Assembly: GCA_024653215.1 (NCBI GenBank)
Contig: JANLFU010000010.1
Coordinates: forward strand, 19,625-83,624
Origin: Candidatus Saccharicenans sp.
GTDB taxonomy: Bacteria > Acidobacteriota > Aminicenantia > Aminicenantales > Saccharicenantaceae
Direction of reading: 5' to 3'
Length of the DNA stretch: 64,000 nt
The translations under genes were made by a program, and so were the position numbers. The notes under the pieces are model-generated. The model had not been told where the DNA came from, searched no databases, and was given only the letters and a program-made list of their open reading frames with translations. Shown here in pieces: positions 50,255 to 60,686 of the stretch (its first letter is position 1; every line of letters begins with the position of its first letter).

Positions 50255-50583
50255 TGCTGCAGGGAGTCTTTTCCCGGTTTAATTTGCAGGAGGGAACCCC
50301 AAATACGAACAAGATTCTATGAGCTTGATAAAGCCCTCCCGGTGGCTGCGCAGATTCAGACATTAAGGAGAGAACTTTAATTTCCGAACAAGATAACCAT
50401 GGGAAGGCTAAAGAACTTTCCTGAAATAAAAAAAGAAGGGAACCCACTTAACACCCGAGCCTTGGCTGGACTGCTCACAACCCATCCCATGCCCTGGTCA
50501 TATGACTCTTTTCAGGAATAAATATTTACTTGACTTTATTAGCCCGGCTGGAATAAAGAAAAAGTATAAAGGAGGGAAGCGCC

Positions 50584-51486
50584 ATGAAAAAGCTAGCTAT
50601 CCTGTTCTTTCTCTTTATTTTTCTTGCCACCTTCCCCGGCCTGGCTGATAAGACGGTCCGGGACCCGGAAGAGGCCACCCACATCCTGGTGGGAGAAGTG
50701 GCCGAGGTGGAAGGGTACTACGATTACAATGAATACGGCGACTACCTGATCTTCAGCCGGGTGACGGTCCGGGTGGACAAAGAGCTTAAGGGCCGGGCCG
50801 AGAAATTCGTTGCCTTCTCGGTCGAGGGCGGCGAGGTTGGGGACCTGGGGCTGAGGGTTTCCAACACACCAGCATTCAAGAAAGGCCAGGTCCACAAGTT
50901 CTACTTAAAAAAGCTGAATGCCGTCTATAAATTAATCAAGCAGGAAAAACTCCAGCCCGAGGCCAAAGCCCAGACCGTATGCTGTCTCACCTTTGCTAAA
51001 TGGCCCTCAAAAACGGCCACCTTTTACCTTAATCCAAACTGCAATGACATGACCTCAAGCTGCACTTATTCAGAGATCGACCTGGGCTCGGGGAGCTGGC
51101 AGCCAGTTTTCAATTTGGTCATCGGCGGCACAACTTCCCTGACCAAGGTCAAGCAGGACTACCAGAACATAGTCTTCTTCAGAAAAGTCAAAGGCGGGAG
51201 CACCATCGCCGTTACCTATACCTGGTACAACCGGACCACCGGAGAAATCATCGAGTTCGACATGATGTTCTACGATGGCTGGAAGTATTTCAGCTTTAAC
51301 AATGCCTGCACCGCAACCTGCAACGGCGGTTTCTACCTGAGCGTTATCGCCGCCCACGAGTTCGGGCATGCCATAGGAATTGACCACAACGACTGCACCA
51401 CTTCCATCATGTACCCATACGCCGATTACTGCGAAACCGGCCTGGTGCAGAGCGATGATAGGGCCTGCGCCGCCACGATTTATTGA
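50584..51486 (+). CDS. Secreted matrixin-like (M10 metzincin) zinc metalloprotease.
   Basis: Signal. AAHEFGHAIGIDHNDCTTSIMYP is the HExxHxxGxxH motif followed by a Met-turn. Confidence 0.7.
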   Translation: MKKLAILFFLFIFLATFPGLADKTVRDPEEATHILVGEVAEVEGYYDYNEYGDYLIFSRVTVRVDKELKGRAEKFVAFSVEGGEVGDLGLRVSNTPAFKKGQVHKFYLKKLNAVYKLIKQEKLQPEAKAQTVCCLTFAKWPSKTATFYLNPNCNDMTSSCTYSEIDLGSGSWQPVFNLVIGGTTSLTKVKQDYQNIVFFRKVKGGSTIAVTYTWYNRTTGEIIEFDMMFYDGWKYFSFNNACTATCNGGFYLSVIAAHEFGHAIGIDHNDCTTSIMYPYADYCETGLVQSDDRACAATIY

Positions 51487-51696
51487 TGGGATAGAAGATC
51501 GCAAATAATAAGACGGCAGGCGCGCTGGACCCGGCATCCAGTTCAGGATAAAAGAAATATGATTTCCAGGCCGGATAATTAGCGGGGATAACCCTGGGGT
51601 TTCTTAGGTTTTTCCTGAACCAGGCTATTCTTACTCTAACTAAACTCTAACTAAAACAGATTAATATTCAAAATATTCTGCCGAGATCTTTTACCT

Positions 51697-51740
51697 AAAG
51701 GAGAGAGCAAAAATCATCTGGCTTATCTCTCCTTTTTGTT
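51697..51740. terminator. Rho-independent terminator-like hairpin.
   Basis: AAAGGAGAGA-19 nt loop-TCTCTCCTTT is a 10-bp stem followed by TTGTT. It lies between the M10 protease gene and hrpA. Confidence 0.45.
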
Positions 51741-51947
51741 GAGCTAAATCCATATCCATTTTCTATTAATATGAACTACTTTTGCTCTGACCACCGCCAT
51801 TATTTTTTCTTGTTCTCAAACTGAACAGGTCTCAATTTCAGTCGACTCCAATTATCCAATTTATTGTCCTCACTATCTCCGCTCTCCTGGTCAGCTGTTT
51901 CTTCCTGCCTTTCTTCTATATCAGTCCGGGCGAAAATAGGATAAAAT

Positions 51948-54900
51948 TTGAATGCTGAAAGAAGTATTAAAATGGGCAGAGAGCCAACCAGGGAGACCCG
52001 GAAGGAGCCTGCCGGCCCCGAACGAACCCGGCTGCAGGACCTGAGGAACGAAATCTCCCGGCTTCTGCCCGAAGCCATGCTCCGGGATTCTTACCAGGCG
52101 CGGGAGAGACTGGTTCAGCTTCTTACTTCCAGCCTGCCCCGAAAAAACCCGGCCAGGGCAGTCGAGGTCTTGGTCCGCCTGAAACAGAGACTTCAAGAAT
52201 CGGCCGAGGAAAAAAGGGCCCGCCACCGTAAAAAACCCCGCCTGTCCTATCCCCGCGAGCTGCCCATAACCCGGCACCGCCAGGAAATAGTCCGGGCCAT
52301 AAGGGACAACCGGGTCATCATCGTCAGTGGCGAGACCGGCTGTGGCAAGAGCACCCAGCTGCCCAAGATGTGCCTGGAGGCCGGTCGGGGGCTGGCCGGG
52401 AAAATCGCCTGTACCCAGCCCCGGCGGATTGCGGCCATGACCATCGCCCAGCGAATTTCCGAGGAGCTGGGCCAGCCCCTGGGAAAAGCCGTCGGCTACA
52501 AGATTCGCTTCCAGGACCGCACCTCTCCCGGCTCCTACATCAAGGTCCTGACCGACGGTATGCTGCTGGCTGAAACCCAGGGCGACCGCCTGCTGACCGA
52601 GTACGACACCATCATCATCGACGAAGCCCACGAGCGCAGCCTGAACATTGACTTTCTTATCGGTCTCTGCCGGCGCCTTCTGGAAAAACGCCCCGAACTC
52701 AAACTTATCATCACCTCGGCCACCCTGGAAGTGGAAAAATTCGTTGAGGCTTTCAACCATCCCCCGCTCTTCAAGGTCAGCGGGCGGATGTACCCGGTGG
52801 AGGTGATTTATTACGAGCCGGAGTCTGCCCGCCAGAAAAAAGAAGAGCCCGACTACGTTGACCTGGCCGTGGAGGCAGTCAACTTCATCAAGCGGGAAAA
52901 GCCGCCTGGCGACATCCTGATTTTCATGCCCACCGAGCAGGACATCCTGGAAACCTGCCAGCGCCTGCAGGGCAAGCATTACCCGGACTCGGTCATCCTG
53001 CCGCTGTTTGCCCGGATGCCGGCTCACCAGCAGAAGCAGATATATCATGTAAAAGAAGGAAAAATCGTGGTGGCCACCAACGTGGCCGAAACTTCGCTGA
53101 CCATTCCCGGAATCCGTTACGTGGTGGACACCGGCCTGGCCCGCATCTCGCAGTACCAGACCTCATCCGGAATCCACAGCCTGCCGATTCTGCCCATCTC
53201 CCGGGCCAGCTCCGAGCAGCGCAAGGGTCGCTGCGGCCGGGTGAGCGCCGGCCTGTGCCTCCGTCTTTACTCGGAAGAAGATTACCGGTCCCGGCCCGAG
53301 CACACCCCGCCAGAAATCCTGCGCAGCAACCTGGCCGAGGTCATCCTGCGGATGCTCGACCTGGAACTGGGCGACCCGCTCAAGTTTCCCTTCCTGGACC
53401 CGCCGGCCGCCCGGGCAGTGCGCGACGGCTACCGGACCCTAGTGGAGCTGGGTGCCCTGGAGAGCTCTGAATCCGGCTATGAACTGACCGACCTGGGCCG
53501 GAAGATGGCCCGCCTGCCACTCGACCCAAGGCTGGCGCGGATGCTGCTTGAAGCCGAGCGGCGAGGTTGCCTGGATGAGGTGGCTGTCATCGCCGCCGCC
53601 CTGAGCATCCAGGACCCGCGCCTGCGGCCCCTGGAAAAGGCGGCCGACGCTGACCGCGTCCAGTCCGTCTTCCAGCACCCGGAATCGGATTTCCTGACCT
53701 TCTTCAACCTGTGGCAGGCCCTCCAGACCGCCAGCCAGGGGCAACCTTCAGGCCCCGGACTTAAGAAATTTGCCCGCGATTACTTTCTTTCCTACAACCG
53801 GCTGCGGGAATGGATTTTTGTCCACAACCAGATTTTAGAAATTCTCGAAGAACAGAAAATCCGGGTCAGCCGACCGGCCCGGCCGCGGGAGGCTGAAACA
53901 GACCGTTACTCGGCCATCCATAAGTCCATCCTGGGCGGTTTCATCTCTCACCTGGCTGCCCACAAGGAAAAGAATATCTACGAAGCGGCCCGTGGCCAGG
54001 AAGCCATGCTCTGGCCGGGCTCGGCCCTTTTCCGGAAGCCGCCGGCCTGGGTGGTGGCGGCCGAGCTCATCAAGACCAACCGGTTATACCTGAGGACCGT
54101 GGCCCGCATCTCGCCAGCCTGGGTGGAAGAGCTGGCCCCGCATCTCTGCCGCTATTCCTACGAAGACCCTTACTGGGACCGGAACCGGGGCCAGGTTCGG
54201 GCCAAGGAGAGAGTTACCATCTTTAACCTGTCGATAATCAGCGGTCGGGACGTGCCCTTCGGCCGCCAGGACCCGGCGCTGGCCCACGAAATCTTCGTGG
54301 ACGAAGCCCTGGTCAAAAACCAGGTTAACCGCCAGCTTCCCTTCCTCGAACACAACCACCGGCTGGTCAGCCGGGTGCGCCTGCTGGAAGACAAGCTCCG
54401 CCAGCGGAATATCATGATTCCCGGGCAATATCTTTTTGATTTTTATTCCGGACGCCTGCAGGGGGTTTACAGCCTGGAAGGACTGGAGCAGAGGATTAAA
54501 AACGCCGGCGGCGACGACTTCCTCAGGCTCCAGGAAGAAAACCTCTACCTGACCAGGCCGAAAGAAGAGCTGGTGGAAAAGTATCCCGACAGCCTGAAGA
54601 TTCTCGGGCACACTTACCAGCTAAAGTACCGCTTCGCACCGGGCGAGGACGATGACGGGGTGACGATTGTGGTCCCGCGGAAGCTCATCGACCAGGTCCC
54701 CGAAGCGCTGCTGACCTGGCCGGTTCCGGGCCTGCTCCAGGAAAAGGTCGAAGCCTGCCTGAAAGCCCTGCCCAAGGAATACCGACGGCTCCTGCAGCCA
54801 CTGGGAGAAAGGGCCGAGCAGATCGCCCGGGAGCTGAAGCCAGCCCCCGTGTCCTTTTTTACGGCCCTGGCCGCGCTCCTCAGGGACCGCTACAAGATGG

Positions 54901-55988
54901 ATATTCCCAGGGACGTCTGGGAAAAACTGGAAATCCCGCGCTACCTCAAAATGAGAATCTCGATCGTTAACGAAGCCGGCCAGGAAGTCCTCAGCGGTCG
55001 CGACCTCGATTTCCTTAAGAAGATGCTCAGCAGCCAGGCCCGGCAGCCGGCAGCCGAAGAGTCGCCGGGCTGGCGGGAAGCCAGAGCCAGGTGGGAAAAG
55101 AGCGGCCTGGCCGGCTGGGAAGAAACCATTCCGGAAATTCCCGAAGAAGTGGCCATAGACGATTTCCTGAAAGGTTACCCGGCCCTCACTGCCAGCGGTG
55201 AAAAATTTGAAGTCCGGCTTTTCAAGAGCCAGGACGAGGCCAGGCAGGCCCATCTCCGGGCGGTGGAAGAAATCCTGAGCCGGCAATTCCAGAAGGACCT
55301 GAACTTCATCCAGCGAAGTTATGTCTTTCCGGAAGACTTGCGACCGGTGATGCTGTTTTTCGGGGGCGAGGCAGCCCTCAAGAGCCGCATTTTGCAGAGG
55401 ATTAAGGCGGAAGTTTTCCAGAAGAACTTCCGAAGGCGGGAAGAACTCCAGGCCTTTATCAGGGACAGCGCCCTGAAACAACTTTTTGAGACCGGGCACC
55501 GGGTTTTTTCCGCCGTCCAGGAAATTCTCCAGGAATACCGGAAAACCAGGGCCCTCATCCAGGAGATGGAAGAAGCCAGGAGAAAGCTCGGGGTGAGTTC
55601 AACCCTGCCCGAATTGCTGAAAGAGGAGCTTACCCGTTTGGTGCCGCCGGACTTCCTGGCAGTCTATCCTTCAGACTTCCTGGCCCGGCTGCCGCGTATG
55701 GTCCAGGCCCTGGGCCTTCGGGCTGAAAGGGCCAGGCTGTCGGCCGAAAAAGACCGGGCCAAGGCCACCCAGGTCGAGCCTTTCCTGGCCGAGTACGAGC
55801 GCCTGAGCCGGCTGGCCCGAAAGAAACCTGGCCCGGAAAAAGAGAAATTGCTCTTTGAGCTGCGCTGGATGATCGAAGAGTTCAAGGTCTCGCTCTTTGC
55901 CCCGGAAATCAAGACGGCTTTCCCGGTCAGCGCCAAGCGCCTGGCCGCGCGGGTCAAAGAAATTGAAGCACTCCTGGAACAGGGTTAA
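51948..55988 (+). CDS. hrpA: ATP-dependent RNA helicase HrpA (DEAH-box). The start may instead be the ATG at 51972.
   Basis: GETGCGKST (Walker A), IIIDEAHERSL (DEAH), SATL, TNVAETSLTIPG, a HA2 domain, and the long HrpA-specific C-terminal region. 1346 aa. Confidence 0.9.
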   Translation: MNAERSIKMGREPTRETRKEPAGPERTRLQDLRNEISRLLPEAMLRDSYQARERLVQLLTSSLPRKNPARAVEVLVRLKQRLQESAEEKRARHRKKPRLSYPRELPITRHRQEIVRAIRDNRVIIVSGETGCGKSTQLPKMCLEAGRGLAGKIACTQPRRIAAMTIAQRISEELGQPLGKAVGYKIRFQDRTSPGSYIKVLTDGMLLAETQGDRLLTEYDTIIIDEAHERSLNIDFLIGLCRRLLEKRPELKLIITSATLEVEKFVEAFNHPPLFKVSGRMYPVEVIYYEPESARQKKEEPDYVDLAVEAVNFIKREKPPGDILIFMPTEQDILETCQRLQGKHYPDSVILPLFARMPAHQQKQIYHVKEGKIVVATNVAETSLTIPGIRYVVDTGLARISQYQTSSGIHSLPILPISRASSEQRKGRCGRVSAGLCLRLYSEEDYRSRPEHTPPEILRSNLAEVILRMLDLELGDPLKFPFLDPPAARAVRDGYRTLVELGALESSESGYELTDLGRKMARLPLDPRLARMLLEAERRGCLDEVAVIAAALSIQDPRLRPLEKAADADRVQSVFQHPESDFLTFFNLWQALQTASQGQPSGPGLKKFARDYFLSYNRLREWIFVHNQILEILEEQKIRVSRPARPREAETDRYSAIHKSILGGFISHLAAHKEKNIYEAARGQEAMLWPGSALFRKPPAWVVAAELIKTNRLYLRTVARISPAWVEELAPHLCRYSYEDPYWDRNRGQVRAKERVTIFNLSIISGRDVPFGRQDPALAHEIFVDEALVKNQVNRQLPFLEHNHRLVSRVRLLEDKLRQRNIMIPGQYLFDFYSGRLQGVYSLEGLEQRIKNAGGDDFLRLQEENLYLTRPKEELVEKYPDSLKILGHTYQLKYRFAPGEDDDGVTIVVPRKLIDQVPEALLTWPVPGLLQEKVEACLKALPKEYRRLLQPLGERAEQIARELKPAPVSFFTALAALLRDRYKMDIPRDVWEKLEIPRYLKMRISIVNEAGQEVLSGRDLDFLKKMLSSQARQPAAEESPGWREARARWEKSGLAGWEETIPEIPEEVAIDDFLKGYPALTASGEKFEVRLFKSQDEARQAHLRAVEEILSRQFQKDLNFIQRSYVFPEDLRPVMLFFGGEAALKSRILQRIKAEVFQKNFRRREELQAFIRDSALKQLFETGHRVFSAVQEILQEYRKTRALIQEMEEARRKLGVSSTLPELLKEELTRLVPPDFLAVYPSDFLARLPRMVQALGLRAERARLSAEKDRAKATQVEPFLAEYERLSRLARKKPGPEKEKLLFELRWMIEEFKVSLFAPEIKTAFPVSAKRLAARVKEIEALLEQG

Positions 55989-56510
55989 GGGAATTTTCCC
56001 ATCTGCGGTAATAATCGGACAGCTTCCTACTTATCGGTGTGCGGGGTCAGATAAATTATCGAAACATCAGGGCAAGAAGGACAGGTGTTATTACACATTC
56101 GGCCCGGCTCTACAGTTGCATCATTCCGGGCTCCGGATTTATAAGGTCTCTGCCTGGCCAGGGGACCGCATCAAAGAGCGCGGTCAACAAGCTGAAGCGA
56201 TTTGACTATTATGCCGCCTGCGGCAATGTCGGCAGGACTTGTTCTACCAGCTCCTCTGCCTGCTCTCTGAATTGGGCCCTTCCGATTTTAGCCTGTATTT
56301 TCATGCGCTTAGGATAGAGCCATATATGAATGAAGTTTCATATAATAAAAAGGGTTGAAGTGAAGCTTAAAATTAAATAGATATATAATGCCCTTAAAAC
56401 AAGTCGGCTGCTTCAAGAAGGTGGCCGGGGATGAATGGTCAGATGGTCCGGGCAAACCCGCGGTCAGCCTGACCGGGTCGGGCCGGAACCAGGGCCGGTG
56501 GAGGTTCAAA

Positions 56511-57010
56511 TGAGTGATGAGAAGATAAGCGGGAACAGCGTACAGGGAATGGACGAAAAAAAGATAAAGCCCCGCCTGCTTAAAAAAATGCTCGGCCAGG
56601 AATTCTGCCTCTCCGACTGGCTGACCATGACCCAGGACCGAATTAACGCCTTTGCCGATTGCACCGAGGACCACCAGTGGATTCACGTCGACCTGGAGAG
56701 GGCCAGCCGGAGCCCGCTCAAGAGCACCATCGCCCACGGCTTTCTTCTGCTGTCGCTTCTGCCCCATTTCCTGGCCCAGTCGCCCCTGGCCAGGATCAAG
56801 GTCCGGATGATTTTCAACTACGGCCTGGACCGGATCAGGTTCATCCAGCCGGTCAGGCCGGGAGACCGCATCAGGAACCGGGCCGTGCTAAAAGAAATTA
56901 AAAGGAAAGGTTTCCGCCGCTGGCTGGTGAAAATTGAAAACACCCTGGAAATAGACGGCAACCCCAAGCCGGCCCTGGTGGCCGAGCTCCTGGTCTTCGT
57001 GATTTTCTGA
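56511..57010 (+). CDS. MaoC-like (R)-hydratase/dehydratase hot-dog fold protein. The start is set at the ATG with a GGAGG RBS.
   Basis: DWLTMTQDRINAFADCTEDHQWIHVD is the MaoC hot-dog motif. Confidence 0.65.
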
Positions 57011-57031
57011 GGCCGGAAACCGCGGCTTCAA

Positions 57032-58213
57032 TCAGCGACCGGCGGCCAGGTCTTTCAGGATGTCCACGGTCCGGTCTATTTCTTCGAAGGAATTGTAGAT
57101 ATGGGTGGACTGGCGCACTCCGTAGACCTCGCCCATTGACCGGGGCCGAAGTCGGGCCCTCTTCCAGAGCTCATCCTGGATAAAATTCCCGGTCAGGCCT
57201 TCAATGTTGTAAACGGTAATCCCGGCGGCCATTTCGGGGTGAAGCGGGGTAAATAGCTGAATTCCCGGAACTTCCTGCAACCTGGTCCTCAGGTAATCAC
57301 CGAGGGCCTTGATCCGGGCATAGACCCGCTCCGGGCCAAGTTCAAAATGAAAATCAAGGGCCTCGTCCAGTCCGAAAAGAAGCGACAGGTTGCCGGTGCC
57401 CCGCTGGCCCAGGCGGAAGCCGTGGTCTTCCTGGTTATCCCACTGGGTGCTGGCCAGGGTGGTCCAGACTTTCCCGGCCATGTCGCGCCGGAGATATAAG
57501 AAGCCGTTACCGGCCGGGGCGCAGAGCCACTTGTGAAAGCTGCCGTAGTAAGCGTCGCAGCCGAGTTCTTTCAGGTCAACCCGGATCTGGCCGACGGTCT
57601 GGGCCCCGTCTATGACCGTGAAAATTCCCCGCTGCCGGGCTTCGGCGCAGAGCTCTTTAACCGGCAGGATGGCCCCGCTGCCGGTGATGATATGGGGAAT
57701 GGCCAGGACCCTGGTTCTTGGGCCCATGGCCTGAACGAAGGTGTCGATAACTTCCCGCGGCGATTTGATCGGTTTTCCGAGCGGCAACTGGCGGTAGACA
57801 ACACCGCAGCGTTTGGCCTTGAGCTTCCAGCCGGACTCGCCGCCGGGATGTTCCTGGTCGGTTCCCAGGACCTCATCCCCTTCTTTGAGGTCAAGCCCGT
57901 TCGAGATGTAGTTCATTCCGGCCGTGGCATTTTCGGTCAGGGCAATTTCCCCGGCCTGGCAGTTCAGCAACCGGGCGATTTTCTCCCTGATTTCAGTCCA
58001 GGGCTGGTAGCCTGAAATCCAGTCGGCCCCGTAATAATCCCACTCGGCAATCTTTTCGGCCGTGAGCCGAAGGTGGTTGACAACCCGGTCCAGGACCCGT
58101 CGGGGCATGGCCCCCAGGGTGCCGGTGTTGAAAAAGACCTGGCCAGGGTCGAGCAGGAATTCCGCCCTCACTTTCTTCCAGAATTCTTTTTCTTCGGCTT
58201 CCCGCTCCAGCAT
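57032..58213 (-). CDS. Class V aminotransferase-fold PLP enzyme (cysteine desulfurase / isopenicillin-N epimerase-like).
   Basis: SFHKWLCAPAG contains the PLP-lysine. 393 aa. Fold-type I motifs. Confidence 0.65.
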   Translation of the reverse strand: MLEREAEEKEFWKKVRAEFLLDPGQVFFNTGTLGAMPRRVLDRVVNHLRLTAEKIAEWDYYGADWISGYQPWTEIREKIARLLNCQAGEIALTENATAGMNYISNGLDLKEGDEVLGTDQEHPGGESGWKLKAKRCGVVYRQLPLGKPIKSPREVIDTFVQAMGPRTRVLAIPHIITGSGAILPVKELCAEARQRGIFTVIDGAQTVGQIRVDLKELGCDAYYGSFHKWLCAPAGNGFLYLRRDMAGKVWTTLASTQWDNQEDHGFRLGQRGTGNLSLLFGLDEALDFHFELGPERVYARIKALGDYLRTRLQEVPGIQLFTPLHPEMAAGITVYNIEGLTGNFIQDELWKRARLRPRSMGEVYGVRQSTHIYNSFEEIDRTVDILKDLAAGR

Positions 58214-58480
58214 TTTCTCCTCCCGGACTGAAATTTCCCAGAAATTTTCCCGGCCCGAAACCGCTGAGCAGACCGGGACAGGTTCAGGAATCTTCGACTA
58301 CGGCTGTAAGCCACTTCCTGGATTCAAGGCTTCCAGTCACCTGATTCCTGCCTGAGCCAATAAGTTTAGCCGATTCTTACCCATTGATAAAGTGAGCTAC
58401 AGCTTATAAGAAATAAATTCTGTGGACCGGTTATTCTTCTGCCAGGACACGGTCTCAAAGGCTCAGGAAAAATACTCAAT

Positions 58481-58500
58481 ATATGAACATCCATTCATAT
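58481..58500. promoter_or_regulatory. Second copy of the ATATGAA-N6-TTCATAT palindrome; candidate operator upstream of the class V aminotransferase gene.
   Basis: ATATATGAA-catcca-TTCATATAT (58479..58502) lies about 270 nt upstream of the minus-strand start at 58213. Half-site and spacing are identical to 30021..30040. Confidence 0.45.
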
Positions 58501-58639
58501 ATTGTTCTCAGGACACAGAGATATTTGTAATTATTCTTCGAATGCATAAAAAATCTCTGCGCCAGGGAACTTATCCCCTCGATGACCATCAGCTCATTTA
58601 ATCAGAATGTTACGGTCCTTTATTAAATCCCGTCCCGGC

Positions 58640-60037
58640 TCAGTTTCCTTTCAGCGAATAAGACTTTTCTATAGCCTGGTAGACCATGGTCCGGAACTTG
58701 TTCTGCAGGTCGCCGAGTCCGGCCGGAACGGGCAGGACCTGGATCATGAACACCGCTACCAGCTTCTCCACCGGGTCAACCCAGTAGCTGGTAAAATAGG
58801 CCCCGCCCCAGCCGTAGGAACCAACGGTGCCCGGGAGTCCGGAAGTACCCAGGCTCTTGGTGACCCAGAAACCCAAACCAAAGCCGGTGGCTCCGCCAGA
58901 ATAGAGCTGGCCCACGTGGTCGGCGGTCATCAGCTCAACCGACTTCGGGCTCAGAAGCCGCGAGCCGCCCAGCTCGCCGCCATTCTGGAGCATGAGCAGA
59001 AAGCGGGCATAATCCTCGGCCGTTGCGACTAACCCGGCCCCGCCCGAATAGCACTTCTTCGGTCCATAGACATAAGGACTCCTGGCCGGGTCTTCGGTCA
59101 TTTTTAGCTCGCCTTTTTCATCGGCACCGTAGGACGGGGTGAACCTGGACACCTTGCTTTCCGGCAGGAAGAAGTGGGTATCTTTCATTCCCAGCGGTCC
59201 GGTTATCCGCTTCTCCACGAACTCGGCCAGGGTCATCCCGGAGACAACTTCCACCAGGTAGCCCAGGATGTCGGTGTTGTAGCCATAGACGAACTTTTCT
59301 CCGGGCTGGGCATCAAAAGGCAGCCTGGCCAGTTTTTTGACCAGCTCGCCGATGGTCATATCTTTGTCTGTTAAAAACCAGCCATGAATTCCAGCTTTCA
59401 GGTACTCTTCCTTGGCCGGGCCTTCTCCATAGGATATGCCGGCCGTATGGGTCAGCAGGTCGCGGATGGTAATCTGGCGCCTGGCCGGCACCAGGCTGTA
59501 TCCCCTGGCCTCCTTGTTTTCGGCCCTGACGGCCACAAAGGTTTCCTTGAATTCGGGAATATACCTGGACACCGGGTCGTCCAGAAGCAACTTCCCTTCT
59601 TCCATCAACATCATGACCGCCACCGAAGTTACGGCCTTGGACTGGGAAGCGATGCGGAAGATGGCATCCGGAGGCATCGGCTCGGGCCGGTCGAGCCTGA
59701 ATTTTCCAAAAGCCCGGTGGTAGGCAACCCGTCCATTCCTGGCTACCAGAACCACCATTCCCGGCGCTCCCTTCTGGTCGCAGTAGCTCTGCAAGACCTG
59801 TCCCAGTCGTTCCAGGCGGCTGGCCGAAAGCCCGACCTCGCCCGGGCGGGCAGCCGGCAGACTGGTCGACCAGGCAGAGAGGCTTAATGTCAGGACCAGC
59901 AGTGCCAGGCCGAGAAGGCGGATAAAAGCCCGGGAACTTATTCCCGAATTTTTATCCTTTGCTTTAACTTTTTTGCCGGAAGATCTTTCTCTTCCGTATG
60001 CTTCACCCAGATAACCCGAAAATACTTTCAAGTTCAT
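58640..60037 (-). CDS. Serine beta-lactamase/transpeptidase-fold hydrolase (class C / esterase EstB-like), membrane-anchored or secreted.
   Basis: SxxK motif in IASQSKAVT. N-terminal signal anchor. 465 aa. Confidence 0.7.
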   Translation of the reverse strand: MNLKVFSGYLGEAYGRERSSGKKVKAKDKNSGISSRAFIRLLGLALLVLTLSLSAWSTSLPAARPGEVGLSASRLERLGQVLQSYCDQKGAPGMVVLVARNGRVAYHRAFGKFRLDRPEPMPPDAIFRIASQSKAVTSVAVMMLMEEGKLLLDDPVSRYIPEFKETFVAVRAENKEARGYSLVPARRQITIRDLLTHTAGISYGEGPAKEEYLKAGIHGWFLTDKDMTIGELVKKLARLPFDAQPGEKFVYGYNTDILGYLVEVVSGMTLAEFVEKRITGPLGMKDTHFFLPESKVSRFTPSYGADEKGELKMTEDPARSPYVYGPKKCYSGGAGLVATAEDYARFLLMLQNGGELGGSRLLSPKSVELMTADHVGQLYSGGATGFGLGFWVTKSLGTSGLPGTVGSYGWGGAYFTSYWVDPVEKLVAVFMIQVLPVPAGLGDLQNKFRTMVYQAIEKSYSLKGN

Positions 60038-60686
60038 TTTCCCTCCTGTTTCCCGTTTAATTTTATAGTCTCTTTCAGAACTGCCATCATTTTTCCGGTG
60101 AGATAGAGAAATGCCCCTGCTTTTCTTTTATAAATACCCGGAAGGCAAGCAATCAATGACATTCTCGGTTTTATTACCTGACTATATCCCATCCAGCCGA
60201 CGGCTGTCAAAATGGAGGCCGTACCCGGCTGAAGTAGGGCCCGCAGATGGTCCCTGACCGAATGACCGCACCGCCACCTGCTTAATTAAAGTCTTATTAA
60301 TACCTTCTTCCCGATTACCTCCAGACCACCTGCCCCGTGCCTTGTAAATTGATTAATTCCAGCCTGAAACCCTCTATTCTCACTGTGGCAGGTCAAATCT
60401 TTTCTGAGTGCTTATTAATCAAGAAGCCCCTACCACATTCCTCTTTTTTCATCACCCCTTTGTATGAAGAACCCTTCTCGTCCCGGTTGCCCCATGAGAG
60501 AATCTATATGAAGACCTGATCACTGGCTTGCCTAAGAATTCATACCAAAATTTGCGCGGTTACTGCTCACTCTCGGCGACAATCACAGCCTGTTCCTGGG
60601 TCTGCTTATCTCTGCTTTTAGTTTCAACTATGAGCTCCTGGTAGGTGTCTTGACTGAACTGAAGTGGCCATAATATACTCACGGGC

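Noticed and set aside
51630-51660. Short direct repeat ctaactaaactctaactaaaa
   Set aside because: Only about 8 nt are duplicated in an AT-rich spacer. There is no array structure (not CRISPR-like), and it is a simple slippage-type repeat.
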